A DNA stretch of 64,000 nucleotides from positions 1 through 64,000 of IMG/VR virus record IMGVR_UViG_3300020178_000002; one strand, 5' to 3'. A program made the position numbers and the translations under genes. The notes under the pieces were generated by a model that did not search any database, was not told the origin of the DNA, and saw nothing but the letters and a program-made list of their open reading frames with translations. Shown here piece after piece: positions 57,218 through 64,000 of the stretch. Numbering within the stretch: position 1 is the first letter of the stretch; the number at the start of each line of letters is the position of its first letter.

Positions 57218-58807
57218 GGGCAGGTAATCTTTCCAGCTCTTGCTGGTGTACTTTTCAAAAAGCTTATTAACATAATCTCTCTGATCGGCTATAGTTTTCA
57301 TAGAGTCTGGGAAATTCGCTTTTTGTATGAACTTAAACTTTGGCAACTCTCTTTTTAACTCTTTGGTGATTTTTTCCCTATTTTCATCTGAGTTCATTTT
57401 GAGTCTTTTGATTTTAGCTTGCAGTAAGTCTGTGTCATTGTCTCTGATTCTGTCTTCGATCAATTCAAGCTCTCTGTTTAGCCTTTTTAGGTCTTCTTTT
57501 GTAAGTTTGTTCTTCTTAGGAGTTCTTCTTTCATTAGCAGAGACTCTTTCGATGATCTTTTGGATCGTACCCAGATTAACAAACTCTGGCTCTGGATTGA
57601 GTATTTCAAGAATCTCTCCTTTTCTTTCTTCCAAAACCTTCAATTTTTTGAGGACACTATCTACATCTTCGACTCTTTGAGAAATTTCACTGAGTATGTG
57701 TTTAGGTAGTTTTGTCTTCATTTTAGCCTTTAGCTTTTTGATTTCATCTTCCGATAGGCTGTCTTTAGCTTTATTTTCTTCTATCTTCTTTAAGTCGTAT
57801 CTTTTATAGATGTCTAAAGCTTTTCCTTTGTCTCTCTCTTTAAGAGCATCCCTTAGAAGAGAAAAGCCCTCAATCTCATTTAAGATGTTTTCCTCAAGTA
57901 CTTCGACCTCTTGAGGATCACCACTCAGACGACCCAAATCCCTTTTAAGCTCTTTAATCTTTCTATTAATTTTGTTCTGTGTCTCAATTTCCTTAATTTT
58001 TGTTTCTAAGAGCCTAAGGGTTTTGAAGTCTTCTCCAGTGAAGAGGGTTGAATCGTATTTCTCTTTGAACACTCTGAGAGATTCTATATCTTCCTTGAGT
58101 TTACTTAGGCTACTAAAGTAAGCAGAAGCAAGTTGACCTTTAGCTACTTCAAAGTCGTACTTTCTTTGAAGATCCCGAATTTTTTCTTTCAAGTACATCA
58201 AATACTTAGTTGTCTTTTTTTCGAAAACTTCTCGAGAGACTAGTTCATAATTCCCACCAGTCTTTCTCTTAAACTTAAACTCAAGACTAATGTTCTGAGC
58301 AGGAAGCCCCACCTTTTCAAGCTCTGCTAAACTACTAAAGCTAAATATTGTTGAGAGGCTAATTGTCACACCATCAAACTTTGTTCTTCGATTGAAATTA
58401 ATTCTTCCAAAGTCAGCACTTGTAAGATCAGCACCTGTGAAATCAGCAGAGTTAAGAATAGATTTAACAAAGCTTGAATTTTGGAGAATAGCACCTGTGA
58501 AATCAGCACCTGTTAGATCTGAGCCATCAAACTCTGCATCTATCAAAGTAGAGCCAGAGAAGTCCAAGCCTGACAAGTCCATTTTTTGGAGTTGAAGACC
58601 TGTAACTTTGATACCACTCCAATTATACTCTAAAAGCTCTTCCTTTTTCATACGAGAAAAAAATCTGCCATCTCTCTGGATAAGTCTTGTAGGGTCTTCT
58701 TTTACTATGCTTTTGTCCTTAGATCTTAATTCATCTTGCAAGAGAGAAATGTTTTTAGCGATCTCATCAAGTTTATCTTTTCTTTTTCGGGCTGCTGTCT
58801 TAGTCAT
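57200..58807 (-). CDS. pentapeptide repeat + long coiled-coil protein
   Basis: SDLTGADFTGAILQ...ADFTGADLTSADF, then K/E/L heptads. Confidence 0.85.
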   Translation of the reverse strand: MTKTAARKRKDKLDEIAKNISLLQDELRSKDKSIVKEDPTRLIQRDGRFFSRMKKEELLEYNWSGIKVTGLQLQKMDLSGLDFSGSTLIDAEFDGSDLTGADFTGAILQNSSFVKSILNSADFTGADLTSADFGRINFNRRTKFDGVTISLSTIFSFSSLAELEKVGLPAQNISLEFKFKRKTGGNYELVSREVFEKKTTKYLMYLKEKIRDLQRKYDFEVAKGQLASAYFSSLSKLKEDIESLRVFKEKYDSTLFTGEDFKTLRLLETKIKEIETQNKINRKIKELKRDLGRLSGDPQEVEVLEENILNEIEGFSLLRDALKERDKGKALDIYKRYDLKKIEENKAKDSLSEDEIKKLKAKMKTKLPKHILSEISQRVEDVDSVLKKLKVLEERKGEILEILNPEPEFVNLGTIQKIIERVSANERRTPKKNKLTKEDLKRLNRELELIEDRIRDNDTDLLQAKIKRLKMNSDENREKITKELKRELPKFKFIQKANFPDSMKTIADQRDYVNKLFEKYTSKSWKDYLPSFFRR

Positions 58808-58837
58808 GGTGATCTCCTTGTCTACTTTCTCTTAGAT

Positions 58838-58853
58838 TATAAAAAACCTATTA
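58838..58853 (-). promoter_or_regulatory. putative late-type promoter
   Basis: Minus strand taata ggtttt ttata. Confidence 0.6.
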
Positions 58854-61136
58854 GACGTTTGAAAGGTTTTGACCTCTAGGTACAATTAAAGTAGACATAG
58901 GAACTCCAAATAAGGGGTCTATATCAGACCCACAAACAATACCACCTATTGCTGTACCTGGTGAACTTAAAGAAATACTAGGGGCTTTCACACTAACAGT
59001 TCCAGAGACAATCGAAACACTTGCACTAGACATAGAAATCTTCAAGCCAGATGAAACAACCACTGACCCTTGAGGAGACAAAAACTTGAACCCTGTAGCA
59101 TCTGTGTTTTGTGTAGACCCAGATACAATAGTTGTGTCAGAGCCAACCCCTATTGTTTTTGACTCTGTTCCTGTTGTTAAAGTTTTAGTGTTGGTTGATG
59201 GACCTAAGAAGATTTCTTCCTTACCACCATATACATTTGTGTATGAGTCTGATGGTCCAGCAGGGTGTCCTGTGCCAGGGTTAGCAATTATTTTAACTTT
59301 TCTAACAGCTCCATGTAAAGCATTTGCATTGGGTGGTCCAGAGACAGAAACATCTAAAGACCCTACAGCAGTTTGCTTTATTCTTTCAGAGGACATGTTT
59401 AAAGCAGTTCCTGTTGAAAGACTCATTAGCTCTTTACTATTCAGTCTCACTTCACCAGCTTGAGAAAGGTCTACTAAAGGAGCTTTTAAAGAGATTGCAG
59501 AACCCGATTCAAGTTGTATTCTCTTATTACCAATTACTTCAACAGAAACCTCTGAACCAGCACCTGCAACCTCATTGCCTGTTCTAGACTCAGTACCCTC
59601 AATCTTTACCACACTAGAGCTAATTGATGTATTGCCTTCAGAAGCTAGCTCTAAAGAGGTTATTGTTCTTACCTCTCCCTTGTTTGCATTTAAAGAGAAC
59701 CCACCTGCAACAGATAATTTAGCCGAGTCATCAGAGGGATTGCTTACAAAGCCCCTATACTTTCCACCTTTAGTAAAACTAGAAAATGTATCAGCAATCC
59801 CTTGTGGTGCAACAGGGGTGATTCTCAACAAAGCAGCAGAGTGGTCAGCAAAAGGAGTAGATGAGTTAGCACCCTCAATTTTCCCTCTTGTATTTTCCAC
59901 CACAGGGATTAGAGGTATTCCATATAAAGAAGCACCTGCTGTTGTGAAAGGATTATTACCTGTAGGTGTACCTAAAACCCATTCTATGAAAGGCATATTC
60001 CTAGCCTTTTCTAGTTCTTTGGGACATCTATCACTATCAAACCCGTCTGTTTGTTCTGTGACGGGAAGTGTTCCGTCAGAAGTGTGGTTTACTTCTATTC
60101 TATATTCAGTAAATGCACTGCCACTCTCTACAGCATTCCCACCATCTTTACTTACTCTAAATATAGACTTTCCACCATAGGTGATAGCTTCTTCATTCGT
60201 GTTCCCATAGAAGTCTTCTGAAACTAACCCTGCTTTATAAAGAAAGCGGTATGGATCTAAGGATGGAGGAATCCTACCCTCGAAGTTTCTGTTTCCTGTT
60301 ATTTTTCCATCTTCATAGATTGCATCTTCACCTCTGTCAAAAAGAGGGTGAGGGGTGAGCTTACCTACACTAATGTTTTTCTCGTATTCTTCTGCAAGAG
60401 GATAGAAAGGATTGCCCTCTGAATCTATCTGTATTCCAGAATCCCACTTAATTCCATCAGAGAACATCTCTTTAGGTAGGTTTCGAGCATCTCTTTGAAC
60501 CATACCTGCATACACTCTAGTTCCAGACATTGCATGGAACTGCTGTAGAGACCTCATAATGATTGCTTGATCTTGGTCTCTTAAAGCAATCTCATTTGAT
60601 CTTCTATTACTTAATAGAACACTTTCATTCAAGACTAAATCAGCACCTTGAGAAGAGCTGGCTGCCACATTACCTGGCTCATAATGTCTGAGCTTGTGTC
60701 TAATCCTCTGGTGATAACTTTCAACTGCTTGTCTTTTTTTGTTTGTGTCTATACCCTCACCTGGTTGGTAGCTTTGTGTGGTGAGCCAATCATGACCAAG
60801 ATAAGTTGCTCGAGGCCACCAAGCTAAGATTGCAGGTGTTTTATCATTAGATGCTGCAAGAGTGTCAGATGCGAACCATCCTACAATACATTGGTCACCA
60901 ATTTCTGGTATACCACCCATGAAATGTCTATTACCCATAGAGGGCATAGCTAATTCTACACCAGACAAAGGCTTTCCTACATCACCTTGACCATGTAAAA
61001 CTTGAAGCGTACATCTCATTTCTTCCCAATGAACCTCGACTATTTTTGCAATGCAAAGAGACATTGAACTCCAGCCTTTGGCTGGGTCGGCTTCTTTTCT
61101 TCTTATGTCTTTTCTGACTTCATTTGCTGGCTTCAT
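58851..61136 (-). CDS. baseplate central spike (gp5/gpV/VgrG-like)
   Basis: N-terminal OB-like AKIVEVH...GGIPEIGDQCIVGW; Ser/Gly-rich beta-helix-type C-terminus ending DPLFGVP. Confidence 0.7.
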   Translation of the reverse strand: MKPANEVRKDIRRKEADPAKGWSSMSLCIAKIVEVHWEEMRCTLQVLHGQGDVGKPLSGVELAMPSMGNRHFMGGIPEIGDQCIVGWFASDTLAASNDKTPAILAWWPRATYLGHDWLTTQSYQPGEGIDTNKKRQAVESYHQRIRHKLRHYEPGNVAASSSQGADLVLNESVLLSNRRSNEIALRDQDQAIIMRSLQQFHAMSGTRVYAGMVQRDARNLPKEMFSDGIKWDSGIQIDSEGNPFYPLAEEYEKNISVGKLTPHPLFDRGEDAIYEDGKITGNRNFEGRIPPSLDPYRFLYKAGLVSEDFYGNTNEEAITYGGKSIFRVSKDGGNAVESGSAFTEYRIEVNHTSDGTLPVTEQTDGFDSDRCPKELEKARNMPFIEWVLGTPTGNNPFTTAGASLYGIPLIPVVENTRGKIEGANSSTPFADHSAALLRITPVAPQGIADTFSSFTKGGKYRGFVSNPSDDSAKLSVAGGFSLNANKGEVRTITSLELASEGNTSISSSVVKIEGTESRTGNEVAGAGSEVSVEVIGNKRIQLESGSAISLKAPLVDLSQAGEVRLNSKELMSLSTGTALNMSSERIKQTAVGSLDVSVSGPPNANALHGAVRKVKIIANPGTGHPAGPSDSYTNVYGGKEEIFLGPSTNTKTLTTGTESKTIGVGSDTTIVSGSTQNTDATGFKFLSPQGSVVVSSGLKISMSSASVSIVSGTVSVKAPSISLSSPGTAIGGIVCGSDIDPLFGVPMSTLIVPRGQNLSNV

Positions 61137-64000
61137 GTCTTATTCCTTTTGTTGTATGCTTCATTATACTTCTCTTTATCTGTTAAGTCCTCTAAAGCAT
61201 CTCCGATATTTGAAGCTTGATTACTCAAATCTTCAAAACTAGCCTTTGTTTGTTTAATAACAGAATCAAGTGAAATGCCCCTACCTGTTTGAAACTCTCC
61301 TCTAAGAGTCTTTTGGTGATTCTGCCATGAGAGTAGCTTCTCTTTAGAAGCTCTAATAGACTCGGCAACAAGAGGATTCTCTATTTCAACAAGTGAGCTA
61401 TCTAAGTTTACAGAAGAATAAAGTAAGACCGCTTCTGAAGTCGTACCCTTACAAGAGCACATAGCTTGCTCTCTCTGGTCTGGTCTTATCTCTAACAGAG
61501 ACCTTGGCACATTTTGAATGATTTGCTCTTCTGATCTAGTCATCATCCTGCTGGCAAGTGTGTCAAAAGTAAAGCCCTTCTCTGGGTCTGTGCTTTCATC
61601 ATCTAAATCAAGACCAAATGCCTTGTATATTTCTTGCACATGTTCCCTGCCCTCGCCTTGGTTATATATATTGCTAATTTTCTCTACAACCCTCTTTCTG
61701 TAGTATGCTTGAAAGGCTTCTGTTGTGTCATATCTGCTTAAACTATCTCTGATCTCATTAATCTCTAACTGAGTAAACATTCTACTAGGGTCTTGTCTAA
61801 GAATAGCATCAAACAAAGTGTCTTTTGCTGGCCTAAGACCTCTACCATATTGATATGCACCAAAAACCTCATAGCCTTTGTCGTCGGAAACAGGAAATAC
61901 AGGTGAGATCATCTTGCCTTGTTTAAACTGTCTCCTCACTTCTTTTCGAGATCTGCCCTTTTTAAGCCTACCCTCTACATTAGGTTTGAACACTGACCTT
62001 GAAGTCTTTAACAATTTCGCTAAATCTTTAGCTCTGCTTTCTTCTGATGCTCTAAATAAATCAGGATAGTCTTGTCCCAGCTTTTCCATATGCTTAGTTG
62101 CAATCTCTGCAGCAAGTCTTCTCGCTTTAATATTCTTAGTATTTCCAGGTATAGTCTCTAGCTTTGAGCTATCCTCTAAGGGCTGTCCATTCAGGTAAAA
62201 ATCAGAGGGGTAACCTGTAGGTATCTTGTTCCTTTGTCTAAATACAAAAGGTCTTATTTGAGCAAGGGTGGAAGTAGGCTTATATTTTTTAGTGATAGTT
62301 GTAGTTAAGACATTAATTAAGTTAGTCCGAAAAGAGTTACCAAAGCTATCACTAGACTCCCAAGCAGTGGGGTCTAGCTTTCTTCCTACCTCGACCTCTT
62401 TTTGCTCTATTGTTTGATTGACTTGGAATGTTAAAGTTTTGATGTCTTTTGTAGGAACATATTCAAAGCCATTTGTATATAAGGTTCTGGTGTTAATCCC
62501 TGCTACGACTTTTCCTCTTTCTTCTTTAACAAGCACATTGTCTTTTCCATGAAGTGGGTCGGAAACAACCATACTGATCCTTGTCGGGTCTGCAATGCCT
62601 GGAGGGTCAAACCTTAAATCTGGAACAACACCCTCTGTTTCTTCACTGACTGAAGGGATATATGGTCCTTGATGCTCTCTACTAGGATGTGAACAAGAAT
62701 AGTATCTGTAATAGCCAGGTAGGTGAGGGGCAAAGCTACTTTTCTTGTTATCAAGCTGTCTTAGTATGTCAGCTAAATTAAGACCATCATCTTGACCTTG
62801 GTTTTGATCTGTTTGTTTTCTTAGTTCTAGTATCAAGTCATAGAGAGTAAAGGTGGGGTCACTACCATTATTTGTTAGACCTTCAAGAGCCTTCTTAAAT
62901 TCTTTCTCTGCACTTTCTAGTATTCTTTTAGCTTTAGCTTCGTTTGTAGAAGCAAGTTTACCTTTACCTAGTAGCTTTGAAGCTTTTTCCCTAGCAGATC
63001 TTTTTCTAGAGGCTGCCTTTTCTAAAGCAGATTCCCCTAATATGATACTCTTAGACTTGGCTTGCTTTTTACTTATTCTGTTAGTTACGACTCGACCATT
63101 TTTCAGCTTTCGTAAATAAGGAGATCTTTCTTTCTCTAAGCCTAGAGTTCCCTCTCTTCTTCCTATTTTAAAAGTCCATGGGCCTTCAAATAAACTACCA
63201 CCTTCTACTGTCTTTATAATGCCATACCTTTTACCCTCAATAAGAAGCATGTTTCTATATGCCTGTCTAGCCTCTGTTCCAAGATAACCCATGTTCTGGT
63301 ACTCGATAGCATTTTTAAATGCTTCAGGGCTCATTTTAAAGGGGTCTAGAGCCATGACTACATTAGGGAAGCCTATTCTCTTTTTAACTGTGATTTTCTC
63401 TCCATAACTATTCTCCCTAGATTCAGTAGCATAGATGCTTTTCTCTGGAAGACTTGTATCTGCAAGATCGACAGCTTCAGAAGGGTTTTCTGCATAGCTG
63501 ACTTCAGTTCGACCAGGTGGGATAAACTTTTTCCTTTGGGCAGAGAGTGTCAATCCTGTAGTACACTCACCACCATAAGAAAAGTTATGAGAAACAGATT
63601 CAACATAATAGAAGCAATCATTCTCTTCTACATAGATAGGATAACCTGGCTTTAATTCTGGTCTTAGAGGAATAGTTATGCTGCAACCCTCTGTTGCTTT
63701 GTTAGCATTATCTAAAGCAACTACAGAAGCATAGAATGCTTTTCGAGCGGAATTGTAGAATGTTGTGTCAAAGGACAGGCTCTTCCATCCATACTTGGCA
63801 ACAAGCTTGTAGTCTACATACATTCCTTTTACACCCCATTCACCTTCAAGGTTAGTTCCCTTTAAGTTCCTAAAAGGACCACCAGAACAAATGACATAGG
63901 TAAATTCGGGTTCATTGTGTTCATAACTGATAGATATAGTGTCTTCTCTATTAATCCTATATATTCTATCTTCACTCGTATCCATATTATACATAGGGGG
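61133..64000 (-). CDS. baseplate hub (gp27/gpD-like), 5'-truncated by the window edge
   Basis: SITIPLRPELKPGYPIY...YYVESVSHNFSYG...TT.LTL; the frame stays open to base 64000. Confidence 0.65.
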   Translation of the reverse strand, partial: PPMYNMDTSEDRIYRINREDTISISYEHNEPEFTYVICSGGPFRNLKGTNLEGEWGVKGMYVDYKLVAKYGWKSLSFDTTFYNSARKAFYASVVALDNANKATEGCSITIPLRPELKPGYPIYVEENDCFYYVESVSHNFSYGGECTTGLTLSAQRKKFIPPGRTEVSYAENPSEAVDLADTSLPEKSIYATESRENSYGEKITVKKRIGFPNVVMALDPFKMSPEAFKNAIEYQNMGYLGTEARQAYRNMLLIEGKRYGIIKTVEGGSLFEGPWTFKIGRREGTLGLEKERSPYLRKLKNGRVVTNRISKKQAKSKSIILGESALEKAASRKRSAREKASKLLGKGKLASTNEAKAKRILESAEKEFKKALEGLTNNGSDPTFTLYDLILELRKQTDQNQGQDDGLNLADILRQLDNKKSSFAPHLPGYYRYYSCSHPSREHQGPYIPSVSEETEGVVPDLRFDPPGIADPTRISMVVSDPLHGKDNVLVKEERGKVVAGINTRTLYTNGFEYVPTKDIKTLTFQVNQTIEQKEVEVGRKLDPTAWESSDSFGNSFRTNLINVLTTTITKKYKPTSTLAQIRPFVFRQRNKIPTGYPSDFYLNGQPLEDSSKLETIPGNTKNIKARRLAAEIATKHMEKLGQDYPDLFRASEESRAKDLAKLLKTSRSVFKPNVEGRLKKGRSRKEVRRQFKQGKMISPVFPVSDDKGYEVFGAYQYGRGLRPAKDTLFDAILRQDPSRMFTQLEINEIRDSLSRYDTTEAFQAYYRKRVVEKISNIYNQGEGREHVQEIYKAFGLDLDDESTDPEKGFTFDTLASRMMTRSEEQIIQNVPRSLLEIRPDQREQAMCSCKGTTSEAVLLYSSVNLDSSLVEIENPLVAESIRASKEKLLSWQNHQKTLRGEFQTGRGISLDSVIKQTKASFEDLSNQASNIGDALEDLTDKEKYNEAYNKRNKT

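Noticed and set aside
59086-60180. Plus-strand ORFs of 87-201 aa within the spike gene, and similar short antisense ORFs elsewhere
   Set aside because: Antisense to well-supported genes, with no RBS or recognisable motifs.
1-64000. Alternative genetic code (stop-codon recoding)
   Set aside because: Genes are long and tightly packed under the standard code, and TAA, TAG and TGA all end genes.
1-64000. CRISPR array, tRNA or rRNA genes
   Set aside because: No repeat-spacer array or cloverleaf was seen by eye, and intergenic gaps are short. tRNAscan-SE/Infernal were not run.
30544-64000. Bacterial T6SS/eCIS or tailocin locus
   Set aside because: Surrounding homing endonucleases, inteins, primase, tdk and phage-type promoters indicate a phage genome.

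Overview
AT-rich window from what is most likely a large contractile-tailed (myo/jumbo-type) phage, read with the standard code. Bases 1-30.4 kb are an accessory and replication mosaic: GIY-YIG nucleases, thymidine kinase, a phage sigma factor, a Toprim primase domain, UvsE, a fused restriction-modification enzyme, five of the window's six pentapeptide-repeat proteins and a methionyl-tRNA synthetase. Bases 30.5-64 kb are a baseplate/tail module. Main observations: (1) A putative head-tail adaptor gene is fractured by an atypically split intein (33-aa IntN, 129-aa IntC) around a free-standing TnsA-like endonuclease. The same gene carries a second, paralogous contiguous intein with an RBS plus Met-Met exactly at the homologous split point. 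(2) A resident SLX1-like GIY-YIG gene is destroyed by an inverted insertion that carries its own fused replacement copy. (3) Many promoters sit inside hairpins that sequester the RBS of the next gene. (4) A dispersed family of proteins shares an N-terminal IRSLEMRIARLE leader and K-x-A motifs, possibly a virion-cargo tag. All calls come from motif reading by eye; no database searches or folding programs were run.
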